A stretch of 64,000 bases of DNA from Terrimicrobiaceae bacterium (GTDB lineage: Bacteria; Verrucomicrobiota; Verrucomicrobiia; Chthoniobacterales; Terrimicrobiaceae): the NCBI GenBank assembly GCA_044377415.1, contig JBILZC010000003.1, positions 1,788-65,787 of the forward strand, read 5' to 3'. The position numbers and the translations under genes were made by a program. Shown here in pieces: positions 7,583 through 17,334 of the stretch; position 1 is the first letter of the stretch, and every line of letters starts with the position of its first letter. The notes below the pieces were generated by a model that had not been told where the DNA came from, searched no databases, and saw only the letters and a program-made list of their open reading frames with translations.

Positions 7583-9244
7583 CTACGCGATAGCGCGGTT
7601 GAGAGCGCTGATGATCGCGTGGATTGAGGCGAGCTCGATACTCGTATCGCTTCCCACACCGTAGAAGGTGCGGCCGATGGGAACCTTGATTTGGATATAG
7701 CTGATCGCGCGCGCCCCAGCTCCAGCACCCAGCGAGTGCTCGGAGTAATTTAAAATCTCGATCACCGGCAAACTCGTTCCTGCGAGAGCTTGGACAAAAG
7801 CGTCGATCGGGCCGTTTCCAGAGCCGCGGACGGTGACAGGCAAGCCTTGAAGGCGAAGGTCGGCTTCGCATGTGACCAGGTCGCTGCGATCGATTGCGCG
7901 GAAAGCTTCCAATGCGACGGCTCCGTCGCGAATGAGAAATGACTCCAGAAAAAGCTGGTGAACATCTTGAGCCGTGAGTTCCGTGCCTTTTTGATCCGAG
8001 AGATCGTTGACGAGGCGGCCGAGTTCCTTTTGAAGGAGCTTGGGCAACTGGTAGCCGAATTCTTTTTCCAAAACATAAGCGACACCGCCTTTGCCGGATT
8101 GCGAGTTGATGCGAATGATGGCCTTGTAACTGCGCCCGATGTCGGCTGGGTCGATTGGAATATAAAGGACGTCCCAAGGTTTTTCTGCGCTCTGGTGCTC
8201 CCAAGATTTTTTAATGGCATCCTGGTGCGAGCCGCTGAAAGCCGTGAATGCAAGGTCGCCGGCGTAGGGATGCCGTGGATGAACCTCCATGCGGGTGCAA
8301 CGCTCGTAGACTTCGCGGATCGCGTTGATGCGGCTGAGATCGAGCCGGGGATGAATGCCGTGGGTGTAGAGATTCAGAGCGACGGTGACGATATCGAGAT
8401 TGCCAGTTCTTTCTCCAACGCCGAAGAGAGTTCCCTCCACGCGATCGGCACCCGCCAGTAGACCGAGTTCTGTCGCGGCGGTTCCGGTGCCACGATCGTT
8501 ATGGGTGTGCAGCGAGAGTGTCGTGAGATCACGGCGTGTGAGGTGGGTGGACATCCATTCGATCTGGTCGGCATGGATATTCGGCGTCGCGTATTCCACC
8601 GTGGCCGGGAGATTGAGGATGATTTTGTTATCTGGCGTGGGTTGCCACGCATCGGTGACCGCTTCACAAATCTCGAGGGCAAAATCGAGTTCCGTGCTCG
8701 TGAAGCTCTCGGGCGAATATTCCAATCGGATACAAGATCCGCCAGACACGAGCGGGGGCATGGATTTTTTGAGAAAAGTCACAGCATGCGTTGCGATGTG
8801 AATGATATCCGACCGACTCGCGTGGAAGACGTATTCTCTCTGATGTGGCGAGGTCGAATTGTAGAGGTGGAAAATGATGTTCTTCGCGCCGGTCAGGGCC
8901 TCCAATGAGCGAATGATGAGATCCTCGCGGCATTGGCAGAGGATTTGAATCGAGACATCATCCGGAATTCGGTTCTCCTCGATGAGGCGTCGGCAAAAAT
9001 CAAACTCGATCTGAGAGGCCGACGGGAAACCAATTTCGATTTCCTTGAACCCAATACCGACAAGCATGTCGAAGTATTCGATTTTTTCATCCACGCTCAT
9101 CGGCTGAGCGAGCGCCTGATTGCCGTCGCGCAAATCCACGCTGCACCAGATCGGAGCAGCGGAAAGAGTCCGATCCGGCCACTGGCGGCTCGGAAGATCA
9201 ACCTTGGGTAGGGGTTGGTATTTGGTGACGGGCGGATTTTGCAT
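7583..9244 (-). CDS. leuA: 2-isopropylmalate synthase (long form)
   Basis: N-terminus ...WPDRTLSAAPIWCSVDLRDGNQAL..., HTHNDRGTGTA, and a C-terminal regulatory domain. Length 553 aa. Confidence 0.93.
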   Translation of the reverse strand: MQNPPVTKYQPLPKVDLPSRQWPDRTLSAAPIWCSVDLRDGNQALAQPMSVDEKIEYFDMLVGIGFKEIEIGFPSASQIEFDFCRRLIEENRIPDDVSIQILCQCREDLIIRSLEALTGAKNIIFHLYNSTSPHQREYVFHASRSDIIHIATHAVTFLKKSMPPLVSGGSCIRLEYSPESFTSTELDFALEICEAVTDAWQPTPDNKIILNLPATVEYATPNIHADQIEWMSTHLTRRDLTTLSLHTHNDRGTGTAATELGLLAGADRVEGTLFGVGERTGNLDIVTVALNLYTHGIHPRLDLSRINAIREVYERCTRMEVHPRHPYAGDLAFTAFSGSHQDAIKKSWEHQSAEKPWDVLYIPIDPADIGRSYKAIIRINSQSGKGGVAYVLEKEFGYQLPKLLQKELGRLVNDLSDQKGTELTAQDVHQLFLESFLIRDGAVALEAFRAIDRSDLVTCEADLRLQGLPVTVRGSGNGPIDAFVQALAGTSLPVIEILNYSEHSLGAGAGARAISYIQIKVPIGRTFYGVGSDTSIELASIHAIISALNRAIA

Positions 9245-9316
9245 CTGTAAAAAAATCTAGCACCAGCGTGCCTGCGAGCCAAGTTTCTAAAAACGGAAAC
9301 GTTGAAGGCGAGTGAA

Positions 9317-11506
9317 TTACATCTTTACGCGGCGAAGGCGGAGGGCATTGGCGACCACCGAGACGGAGCTCAGACTCATCGCCGCTCCGGCGATCATGGG
9401 ACTGAGAAGAATCCCGAAAAACGGGTAAAGAATCCCGGCGGCAATGGGGATGCCGAGTGCATTGTAGAGAAAGGCAAAGAGAAGGTTCTGGCGGATGTTT
9501 CGCATCATGGCGCGGCCGAGTTTGATTGCTCGGACAATGCCGCGAAGATCGCCTTTGACGAGAGTGACGGCGGCACTTTCCATGGCGATGTCGGTGCCAT
9601 TTCCCATGGCGATGCCGATGTCCGCCGCAGCTAGAGCGGGGGCATCATTAATCCCATCGCCGGCCATTCCGACGACGCAGGTGCGCGATTGGAAGGAATG
9701 GATCGCTTCGAACTTGCCGCCGGGGGTGACTTCTGCGCGGAAATCGACAATTCCCAAGCTGCTGGCGATGGACTGTGCCGTCCGCGTACTATCGCCGGTC
9801 AACATTACGACTTTAACTCCGAGCGCGTGTAATTCCTCCAATGCCTGAGGGGTGGATTTTTTAATGCGGTCGGATACCGCCAAGCCCCCCGCGGCGTATC
9901 CGTCCACCGCCATCAGAAGAAAGGTGGCTCCACGGGCTTGAAAAGTTTCGCCCTTCTCGCGAAGGTCAGGCACGCCTTGGATGCCCATGGATTCGAGGAA
10001 AGCGGATGAGCCGATGTGGATGCGGCGGCCTTCGATGAAGCCTTCGATTCCAGCGCCGGTGTGGGATTGAAAATCGCTGGGGGCAGTAACCGTAAGCTCG
10101 CGCGCGGTAGCGGCCGATATCACCGCGGCCGCGAGTGGATGTTCGCTGCCCGACTCGAGCGAGGCGGCAAGGCGAAGGATCGAGGATTCATCGTTTCCAG
10201 GAAGAGCGAAAATCTCCGTCAGGGTTGGTTTTCCCTCCGTGAGGGTGCCGGTTTTGTCGATCGCCAAAAGGTTGAGTTTGGCGAGATTTTCGATTGCGCC
10301 TGCATGGCGGATCAGGACGCCATGCAGCGCTCCGCGTCCCACGCCGACGATCACCGACATTGGGGTAGCCAAACCTAAGGCACACGGACAGGCGATGATC
10401 AAGACGGCGACGGCATTGGTGAGCGCGAAGGCGAGAGAGGGCTCTGGACCCCATGTGAACCAAATAGAAAATGTGAGGAGAGATATCGTGACTACGGCTG
10501 GAACAAACCAAGACACAACTTTGTCGGTGAGGGATTCAATGGGGGCTCGGGTTTGCTGAGCCTCGGCAACAAGCTCGACGATATGCGAGATCGTGGTAGC
10601 CGCGCCGACACGTTCGGCCAGCATGACGAGTCCCCCATTTGCGTTGATCGTGCCGCCGGTGACCTTGTCGCCAACGGATTTCTCCACTGGCAGTGGCTCG
10701 CCAGTGAGCATGGACTCATCGACCGCGCTCCGACCCTCCGTAACCTTTCCGTCCACGGGGATTTTTTCACCTGGGCGAATACGCAGCAGGTCGCCAACGC
10801 GAATGACATCGATCGGGACTTCTTCCTCGCCTTTGATTCCGATTCTGCGCGCGGTTTTTGGGGTCAGCGCGATCAGGGATCGAATCGCGCTGCCGGTTTG
10901 GCGGCGGGCACGAAGCTCCAGATACTGCCCTAATAGAACCAGCACTGTTATGACCGCTGCCGCTTCAAAATAGAGATCGGTCGGTCCATGGTGTCCGCTT
11001 TCCTTTGGAAAAAAGTGAGGAAAAAACATGGTCGCCGCGCTGAAAAAATAAGCCGCTCCAACACCAAGGGAAACAAGCGTGAACATGTTCAAGCGTCTCT
11101 GACGCAGTGAACGCCAGCCTCGCTGAAAAAACGGCCACCCCGCCCAAAGAACAACTGGCGTGGAGAGCAGAAACTGTATCCATCGCGCCATTTCGCCGGA
11201 AGCCCAACCACTGCGACCCAATCCCGGTATCATGTGAGACATCGCCAAAACAAAAACCGGAATCGTCAATACAACGCTCAGCAGCAACCTGCGGGTGATT
11301 GAATGAATCTCTGCGTCGCTTTCCTCCTCGTTGCCAATCGAGCGCGGATTCAACTCCAGCGCCATCCCGCATTGGGGGCAGTCGCCGGGGGCGTCGCTCT
11401 CGATGCCGGGACACATAGGACAGAAATATTTTGATGCTGGCGGTTTGACCGCTGTGGCGGGCATTCCTCCACCGCAACAATGAGGGGTGACAGGCTCGCA
11501 ACTCAT
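9317..11506 (-). CDS. copA: Copper-translocating P1B-type ATPase
   Basis: Motifs CPC ([13 protein letters not shown]), [17 protein letters not shown] and TGE. The N-terminus has CCGGG and CPMCP...CPQCG Cys clusters rather than a GMTCxxC HMA domain. Confidence 0.9.
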   Translation of the reverse strand: MSCEPVTPHCCGGGMPATAVKPPASKYFCPMCPGIESDAPGDCPQCGMALELNPRSIGNEEESDAEIHSITRRLLLSVVLTIPVFVLAMSHMIPGLGRSGWASGEMARWIQFLLSTPVVLWAGWPFFQRGWRSLRQRRLNMFTLVSLGVGAAYFFSAATMFFPHFFPKESGHHGPTDLYFEAAAVITVLVLLGQYLELRARRQTGSAIRSLIALTPKTARRIGIKGEEEVPIDVIRVGDLLRIRPGEKIPVDGKVTEGRSAVDESMLTGEPLPVEKSVGDKVTGGTINANGGLVMLAERVGAATTISHIVELVAEAQQTRAPIESLTDKVVSWFVPAVVTISLLTFSIWFTWGPEPSLAFALTNAVAVLIIACPCALGLATPMSVIVGVGRGALHGVLIRHAGAIENLAKLNLLAIDKTGTLTEGKPTLTEIFALPGNDESSILRLAASLESGSEHPLAAAVISAATARELTVTAPSDFQSHTGAGIEGFIEGRRIHIGSSAFLESMGIQGVPDLREKGETFQARGATFLLMAVDGYAAGGLAVSDRIKKSTPQALEELHALGVKVVMLTGDSTRTAQSIASSLGIVDFRAEVTPGGKFEAIHSFQSRTCVVGMAGDGINDAPALAAADIGIAMGNGTDIAMESAAVTLVKGDLRGIVRAIKLGRAMMRNIRQNLLFAFLYNALGIPIAAGILYPFFGILLSPMIAGAAMSLSSVSVVANALRLRRVKM

Positions 11507-11640
11507 CGGATTGGGAAAAAAGATTTCATGAGAATCGAAGTGCCATGAAGAATATCCGCCGCAGCTCTACGCGGAAGATCAACTTAGGAAATACACCACC
11601 CTCCCTTGCAGGATTTCTCCGCGAGTGTAAAATTCAAGCC

Positions 11641-12249
11641 ATGAAACTAGGAATCAGCTGGGCGAAAATCTCCTGCATGTTCTTCCTCCTGCTGGCGGTA
11701 TCAGCACAATTGTGTTTGGGTGCATCTATGAATGAAGAATACGCGGTTGTGGGTGGGGGCTGTTTTTGGTGCGTTGAGGCCGTTTATCAAGGCCAACCGG
11801 GTATTAAATCGGTCATTAGCGGATATACCGCTGGCAAAAAACCCAATCCCACCTACGAGGAGGTTTGCTCTGGAACAAGCGGGCATGCCGAAGTGGTGCG
11901 TATAGCCTTTGATCCAGCTGTGATTTCCTATGAAAAAATCATCGATCTCTTCTGGGATGCCCACGATCCGACCACGCTCAATCGGCAAGGAGCGGACCAC
12001 GGCACGCAATACCGCTCGATCATTGTGGCGCAAAATCCAGCCCAACTCGAAATAGCGAAAAAATCCCTCACAGACGCGCAGTCACGCTTTCGTTCACCGA
12101 TCGTCACCGAAATCATTGAAGCAGCCGAATTTTTCCCAGCTGAGGCCTATCACCAAGACTTCTACGAGCGAAATCCGAATCATCCCTACAACCGCGCCGT
12201 GATCGCTCCCAAGCTCGAAAAGCTCAAGTCGGTCACCGGCCAAAACTGA
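11641..12249 (+). CDS. msrA: Peptide-methionine (S)-S-oxide reductase with signal peptide
   Basis: GGGCFWCVEAVY active-site motif. MKLGISWAKISCMFFLLLAVSAQLCLGA looks like a signal peptide. An alternative upstream ATG at 11545 would add 32 non-conserved residues. Confidence 0.9.
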   Translation: MKLGISWAKISCMFFLLLAVSAQLCLGASMNEEYAVVGGGCFWCVEAVYQGQPGIKSVISGYTAGKKPNPTYEEVCSGTSGHAEVVRIAFDPAVISYEKIIDLFWDAHDPTTLNRQGADHGTQYRSIIVAQNPAQLEIAKKSLTDAQSRFRSPIVTEIIEAAEFFPAEAYHQDFYERNPNHPYNRAVIAPKLEKLKSVTGQN

Positions 12250-12358
12250 CGCCATTTTAGAGTCGGAGTGGGCTGACTAAAATAGGTCCACTTGCGTGCG
12301 AGTCTGGGATGGGCTAGCTTTTTTCTAAGCGGGGAAGGGCTGCAAAAATCTTTATTTT

Positions 12359-13585
12359 ATGGCGAACGCAATGGTTATCGGAATCGGCGGTGTCGGCTCG
12401 GTCATTGGCCAGAAACTTCATAGCTACGACTGCTTCGAAAAAATTGTCTTAGCGGATATGGATCCAGTTTTTGCCAACCAGCTTGCCGCGCATACGCCGA
12501 AGAGTCGCTTTATTGTGGTGCAGGCGAATGCCATGGATGTGGACGCTCTCGCCGCGCTCATGAAGGAACATGCGATCACGGTGACTTGTAATGCCTGCGT
12601 TTGTAATACGAACTATGCCGTGCTCGAGGCCTGCTTGCGGGCGGGATCACACTACATTGATATGGCGGCGGATATTTATTCCGCCCCGGGAGTCAAAAAG
12701 CCGGGCAAAAATTCCTACGAGGCCGAGATCGAAAGATTCAACCAACCCTTCCTAGATCGTGGTTTGGCGGGCATCCTCTGCATGGGCATGGATCCCGGGG
12801 CAGTGAATGTCTTTGCGCGTTGGGCGATGGACCGCCTTGATACGGCTTCGAGTATTCGGGTACTGGATGCCGATAACGCCGAGGTGCGCGGTTACAGGTT
12901 TGCCGTTCTTTTTTCACCTGAGACCTTTTTCGAAGAGCTTGGCGCGCCACCCTACTATGTGAGTGACGGACGCGTTGTGAGCGGGAAGCCGCTGGAGACC
13001 GAAGTCGAGTGGGTGCGTTTTCCCGATCCCATTGGATTGCAGAAAACCTATGCCGTCGCGCACGAGGAGGGAGTCAGCCTTGGGATTTACCCTCCCTTTG
13101 TGGACAAGGGCGTCCGCTATTCCGTCTTCAAATACAGCGTGCCGGACAAAGTGGTGAATATTTCCAAAACCCTCCAACTGCTGAACCTCGACACATGGAA
13201 AAAAGTGAAGGTGGACGGCGTGGAGGTGTCGCCCGTGCGCGTGGCGAGTGCGCATTTGCCAAAGCCCGCCCAGCTTGGAGCCACGGTAGAAGGCTATTCT
13301 TGCGTGGGTACGGAAGTTCGCGGAACGAAGGACCGCAAGCGCGTGGAATATTTTGTCTACTCGATGGATAGCCATCGCGACACTTACGAAAAATACGGCT
13401 ACTCGCTCACGTTGGTGCAGACCGGCATTCCGCCCGCCATTACCGCTCGCCTCCTCGCAACGGGAAAAATCCCCGAGCGGGGGGTGATGATGCCAGAGGC
13501 ACTCGATCCCGAGGAACTCATGAACAGTTTTTCCCGAGAGGGCTTGCCTATCTTTGTGGAAAAACGTGAAGTCGAACGGATCTGA
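12359..13585 (+). CDS. Saccharopine dehydrogenase-family NAD(P)-binding protein (lysine/polyamine-type dehydrogenase)
   Basis: N-terminal Rossmann motif VIGIGGVGSVIGQKL. Length 408 aa, with the overall saccharopine DH / carboxynorspermidine DH-like layout. Confidence 0.8.
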   Translation: MANAMVIGIGGVGSVIGQKLHSYDCFEKIVLADMDPVFANQLAAHTPKSRFIVVQANAMDVDALAALMKEHAITVTCNACVCNTNYAVLEACLRAGSHYIDMAADIYSAPGVKKPGKNSYEAEIERFNQPFLDRGLAGILCMGMDPGAVNVFARWAMDRLDTASSIRVLDADNAEVRGYRFAVLFSPETFFEELGAPPYYVSDGRVVSGKPLETEVEWVRFPDPIGLQKTYAVAHEEGVSLGIYPPFVDKGVRYSVFKYSVPDKVVNISKTLQLLNLDTWKKVKVDGVEVSPVRVASAHLPKPAQLGATVEGYSCVGTEVRGTKDRKRVEYFVYSMDSHRDTYEKYGYSLTLVQTGIPPAITARLLATGKIPERGVMMPEALDPEELMNSFSREGLPIFVEKREVERI

Positions 13586-13588
13586 ATT

Positions 13589-15010
13589 ATGAAGCCATTT
13601 TATCTGGATGGATGCTGGGTGGAAACCGCCACCTGTGAATCGGTTCACAACCCTTGGTCCGGCGAGAAGTTAGCTGAGATCTGTGTCGCCGGTGCTGGCG
13701 ATGTCGAATCCGCCGTAGCCAGCTCCCATGCGGCCTTCCAGCAAACTCGGCGTCTCACGGCGGATGCACGGGCATCCACTTTAGAGAAAATCCACCATCT
13801 CATCCTTGATCGTCGTCAGGAGTTTGTGGATGTGATCGTCGCCGAGGCGGGTAAACCCGTCACCTACGCCGAGGCGGAGGTCGTTCGCGCAGCCCTCACC
13901 TTCCGATTTGCCGCCGCTCTCGCGTTGGCAGACGAGGGACATGGCATCAATATGGATGCCAGTGCGCCGGGGATTGGGCATTTCGGTCTCGTGCGGCGAT
14001 TTCCGATCGGTGTTCTGCTCGGAATCACGCCCTTCAATTTTCCACTCAATCTCGTTGCGCACAAGGTGGCGCCCTGCTTGGCGACAGGGAATACGATGGT
14101 TCTCAAGCCGGCCATGAAAACTCCCCTCACGGCTTTGCTGCTTGCTGAGGTGCTGCATGAAGCAGGAGTCCCCGCTGGACAAATCAATGTCGTTCCCTTC
14201 GCGCACGATCTCGTCGAACCGCTTCTGGACGACCCCCGCATCAAGATGCTCAGCTTCACAGGGAGTGTCGATGTGGGGTGGCGATTGAAGGCGCGCGCGT
14301 CAAAAATGAAAACGGCACTCGAGCTCGGCGGCAATGCCGCGGTGATCGTCGAGCCGGATTGCGACTGGCATGCGGCCATTCCCAAGATCGCCACAGCCGC
14401 CTTTGCTTATGCGGGGCAATCCTGCATCAGCGTCCAACGCATTTTAGTAAACCGCGAGATCTTCACCCAATTCCGTGGCGCGCTCGTCTCGCACATCAAC
14501 GAAAAGATCCGCACCGGCGACCCGGCAGATCTGGGAACCATCGTCGGTCCGATGATCAACCCCGCCGCGCGCGAAAAAATTCTCACATGGATTGACGAAG
14601 CTGTCTCTGCAGGGGCGCAGTTGCTCACGCCTCGTCATGTGGAGGGTCGTTCTGTATTGGGACCTGTGTTGTTAGAAAATGTACCTGCCGGATGTTCGGC
14701 ACTCGCTGATGAGGCTTTTGCGCCCCTAGCGGTTTTGCAACATTACGGGACTTATGAGGAAGCTTTGGCCATGGTCAACGATTCCCAGTTTGGCCTCCAG
14801 GCAGGCGTTTTTACATCAAGTCTTCCGAAAGCTATTCAGGCTTTTGAGGAGCTCGAAGTCGGCGGGGTGATGGTCAATCAAGTGCCCACATTCCGAGTGG
14901 AAAACATGCCTTACGGTGGGGTGAAGCAAAGTGGATCGGGCCGTGAGGGAGTGCGATATGCGATGGAGGAAATGACCGAGTTGCGTAGCCTCGTTGTGAG
15001 TAAATCCTAG
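13589..15010 (+). CDS. NAD(P)-dependent aldehyde dehydrogenase
   Basis: ALDH landmarks FTGS, ELGGNA, GQSCIS (catalytic Cys) and PYGGVKQSG. It starts 3 nt after the preceding stop. Confidence 0.9.
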   Translation: MKPFYLDGCWVETATCESVHNPWSGEKLAEICVAGAGDVESAVASSHAAFQQTRRLTADARASTLEKIHHLILDRRQEFVDVIVAEAGKPVTYAEAEVVRAALTFRFAAALALADEGHGINMDASAPGIGHFGLVRRFPIGVLLGITPFNFPLNLVAHKVAPCLATGNTMVLKPAMKTPLTALLLAEVLHEAGVPAGQINVVPFAHDLVEPLLDDPRIKMLSFTGSVDVGWRLKARASKMKTALELGGNAAVIVEPDCDWHAAIPKIATAAFAYAGQSCISVQRILVNREIFTQFRGALVSHINEKIRTGDPADLGTIVGPMINPAAREKILTWIDEAVSAGAQLLTPRHVEGRSVLGPVLLENVPAGCSALADEAFAPLAVLQHYGTYEEALAMVNDSQFGLQAGVFTSSLPKAIQAFEELEVGGVMVNQVPTFRVENMPYGGVKQSGSGREGVRYAMEEMTELRSLVVSKS

Positions 15011-15020
15011 GCCGTTCTGC

Positions 15021-15884
15021 TCAAACGTGCGGCACGGGAGTGAATGGCTCCATCTCGATGCGCCGCGCCAAGGAGCGAAGGTAAGAGCGCCCTTTTCTGG
15101 CTCTTGACATGACCGCTTCTGCATCAGCCCCGCCCGCGATTTCCAAGATGAGCGGGCCGTGGAAATGGATTTGAACCAGTTCCCGCATAAAGGCGAGCCA
15201 ATCGATGCGGCCCTCGCTGGGTGGAAGATGTTCGTCGCCGTGACCTTTATTGTCATGGACATGCAACATCCGCAAGTAGGGAGCCAGTTTGTAAACGAGG
15301 CTATAAAGATCGCCCGAAAGAAAAGCATGTCCGGTGTCGAGACACCCACCGACTTGCGTTGTCTCTAAGGCTGCCAAAATCCAAATGATGTCGTTGGAAC
15401 TCCCGAAAAGCAGGTGGGGAAGTTTGTTTTCCAAGACGCAGCGGATTCCCAGTTCACTGCATCGCAGGGCGACACGGTTGAGGACGGAAACCACATTTTC
15501 GATGCGGACCAGCCGTTCTTCGGGATTAGGGTGCTCGGCATTTTCCGGGCCTGGGTGGATGACGAAATAATGCACACCGAGTGCAGCAGCGGCCTCGACA
15601 GCGATGAGAATCTCGTCGAGCGAGTATTCACGGCAATCCAGATTGGTGGAGGATATATCGATATCGCTCGCGAAGGGGGCGTGGAAGGAATACGCCTCCA
15701 TCCCGAGAGCTTGGATTTTCAAAGCGGCCCTTTGAACAGCCGCAGGATCTTTGTAGTTCAGGTGTGCGGGAGAAAAAACGACCTCGATCAGACTGAATCC
15801 ACTCGCCCTAATCGTTTCCAGACATTCCATGATATCTGTTTGGTAAAAACACCCTGTAGATATGCCGATAGGCCAGTTTGTCAT
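15021..15884 (-). CDS. Xylose-isomerase-like TIM-barrel protein (sugar phosphate isomerase/epimerase; AP endonuclease family 2 fold)
   Basis: Metal-ligand-like landmarks FHAP, VIHPG, VLEN, DTGHA, HVHDN, LEI. The ATG at 15884 forms an ATGA overlap with the stop of the upstream gene. The longer ORF to 15944 is rejected. Confidence 0.85.
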   Translation of the reverse strand: MTNWPIGISTGCFYQTDIMECLETIRASGFSLIEVVFSPAHLNYKDPAAVQRAALKIQALGMEAYSFHAPFASDIDISSTNLDCREYSLDEILIAVEAAAALGVHYFVIHPGPENAEHPNPEERLVRIENVVSVLNRVALRCSELGIRCVLENKLPHLLFGSSNDIIWILAALETTQVGGCLDTGHAFLSGDLYSLVYKLAPYLRMLHVHDNKGHGDEHLPPSEGRIDWLAFMRELVQIHFHGPLILEIAGGADAEAVMSRARKGRSYLRSLARRIEMEPFTPVPHV

Positions 15885-17272
15885 AGTCGTATATTTTCCA
15901 TTGTGACAAGCGCGGGTTTTGAAGTGCTTGCCGCCCGCTGCCATCTTGCGTTCGGCTTGGAGACGTCAGCTCCGATTATCTCGCTCAGGGAGCTCTTCAA
16001 GCTCACGCGCTGACCTGAAAAAATCCGCACATAGAAGTCTGCGCGCATGGCGGGGGAGTAATCCACCCACTGCTCGCCCCATCCGTAGTCCCTCTCAAAC
16101 TTCGAGCGAATGAGTCCCGCGATATGCCTCGGATGCCAGCCCTTGTCGAGCAAGGCCTCGGTGACTTTTTGCATATTGACGGGCTTTAAAAGCAGATCGT
16201 TAGGAAAGAGGAGAGGGTGCCTCGCCGGTTCGGGAAGTTCCTCGAGATGGGTCTGATCATAAGTGAGCGGCCAGCGCGGAACGGGCTCATGCTCCTCGGA
16301 GTAAAAGTAGTCGTGGAACTCATGCAGGGGCGAGGCAATGTAGTGCTCTAACAGTCGCCGCATACCGACGGTGTGGTCAGGGATGCTGGTGGATATCGTC
16401 TCTGCCAATCTCGCGGCCAACTCGGGATCGCGCATGGCGAGCATGCCTTGCTGGGTGTCCATTTTGTCGACAGGGATAAAAATGATGGGCCCCATCTTAT
16501 CGATGTTGCTTTGACCCATGGCATGCAACTGTTGCCAGGGCTTGAAGTAGGCGCTGAATGGAGCGCGGATAGTTCTCGTGGGTAAGGGATCGCCATATTC
16601 CGAGATATCCAGCGAGATCATTTCGCGCCCGCGACCCCGTCTGGAGGCGTTGACCTCGACAGCTGTGAGTTCGATGGGAATCGGGCACTGGGGAGATGCC
16701 ATTTCGAGCACCAATCGGCTAATAAATTCCATGAGCATCCCAAGCCCAGCAAAGGCCTGCGAAAGCCGTGCGCCGTCGAGGGGAGTTTGATGGAGTCGAG
16801 TTGTATCCACCGCCTTGTGACCGATTTCACACAGATTCATGAAAACATCCGATGTGCGGCCGATCTTCCATGCGTAGTGATGGCCGCGCCCGCTCAGCAC
16901 ATGGAGGGCTTGAATCCCGTAGTAAGATAGAATCCGTTCGATGGCTTGGGCGACCGGTTCTTGAATGCCAAATGTTCGCGCCGGATCCAAATAAGCCTCG
17001 GCTGCAAAATCAAAATTCACATATTCCACATCCAAATGGGCGATCAGCGATTCGCTATCCCCGAGGGACCGGCAAATATCGAGCCCATCATCGAGTTTGG
17101 AATAAAGCGCGTTGGGAAGTTCCGGCCGCCGCATGGCCAGCGTGGCGCTATCGGCCGTGATGTAGTCGCACGTCGTGGTTTCCGGACTGGCACCACCGAG
17201 GAATTCGAGGATCCGGGATCGCACGGCCGGCTTTTTGTAATACGACCGAAATGTCTGCAGCATGTCTTCCAT
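15881..17272 (-). CDS. Hypothetical protein with archaeo-eukaryotic primase (AEP/PrimPol)-like motif triad
   Basis: Motif-I-like LIAHLDVEYVNF. Motif-II-like HVLSGRGHHYAWKI. Motif-III-like MISLDISEYGDPLPTRTIRAPFSAYFK. The start is placed at the ATG at 17272 (MEDMLQ...), because the GTG at 17317 lies inside the hsp20 terminator hairpin. The CDS call is confident; the function is only an inference. Confidence 0.7.
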   Translation of the reverse strand: MEDMLQTFRSYYKKPAVRSRILEFLGGASPETTTCDYITADSATLAMRRPELPNALYSKLDDGLDICRSLGDSESLIAHLDVEYVNFDFAAEAYLDPARTFGIQEPVAQAIERILSYYGIQALHVLSGRGHHYAWKIGRTSDVFMNLCEIGHKAVDTTRLHQTPLDGARLSQAFAGLGMLMEFISRLVLEMASPQCPIPIELTAVEVNASRRGRGREMISLDISEYGDPLPTRTIRAPFSAYFKPWQQLHAMGQSNIDKMGPIIFIPVDKMDTQQGMLAMRDPELAARLAETISTSIPDHTVGMRRLLEHYIASPLHEFHDYFYSEEHEPVPRWPLTYDQTHLEELPEPARHPLLFPNDLLLKPVNMQKVTEALLDKGWHPRHIAGLIRSKFERDYGWGEQWVDYSPAMRADFYVRIFSGQRVSLKSSLSEIIGADVSKPNARWQRAASTSKPALVTMENIRL

Positions 17273-17295
17273 GGCGAATGGCGCGGGAAAGTGAA

Positions 17296-17322
17296 CGTGC
17301 GTGCCCGCGAGGGGCACGCACG
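17296..17322 (-). terminator. 11-bp perfect hairpin downstream of hsp20 (terminator or attenuator)
   Basis: Minus strand: CGUGCGUGCCC-CUCGC-GGGCACGCACG, followed by UUCACUUUCCC. It begins 13 nt after the hsp20 stop. The U tract is weak. Confidence 0.5.
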
Positions 17323-17334
17323 AGGACGCCCCCC

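Noticed and set aside
7531-7728. Longer 219-aa version of the Gre-like ORF (start at 7728)
   Set aside because: It would overlap leuA by about 145 nt. The added 66 residues are Ser/Arg/Thr-rich and unlike Gre factors. A clean ATG at 7530 gives the family-typical length.
7542-8253. ORFs 7542..8204 and 7762..8253 (minus strand), and the plus-strand ORFs inside leuA
   Set aside because: They lie entirely within the well-supported leuA frame, and their products are Arg/Ser/Pro-rich.
15885-15944. Longer start (15944) for the TIM-barrel gene, and GTG start (17317) for the AEP-like gene
   Set aside because: The ATG at 15884 gives an ATGA stop-start overlap and the family-typical N-terminus (MTNWPIGISTGCF). 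The GTG at 17317 lies inside the 11-bp terminator hairpin of hsp20.
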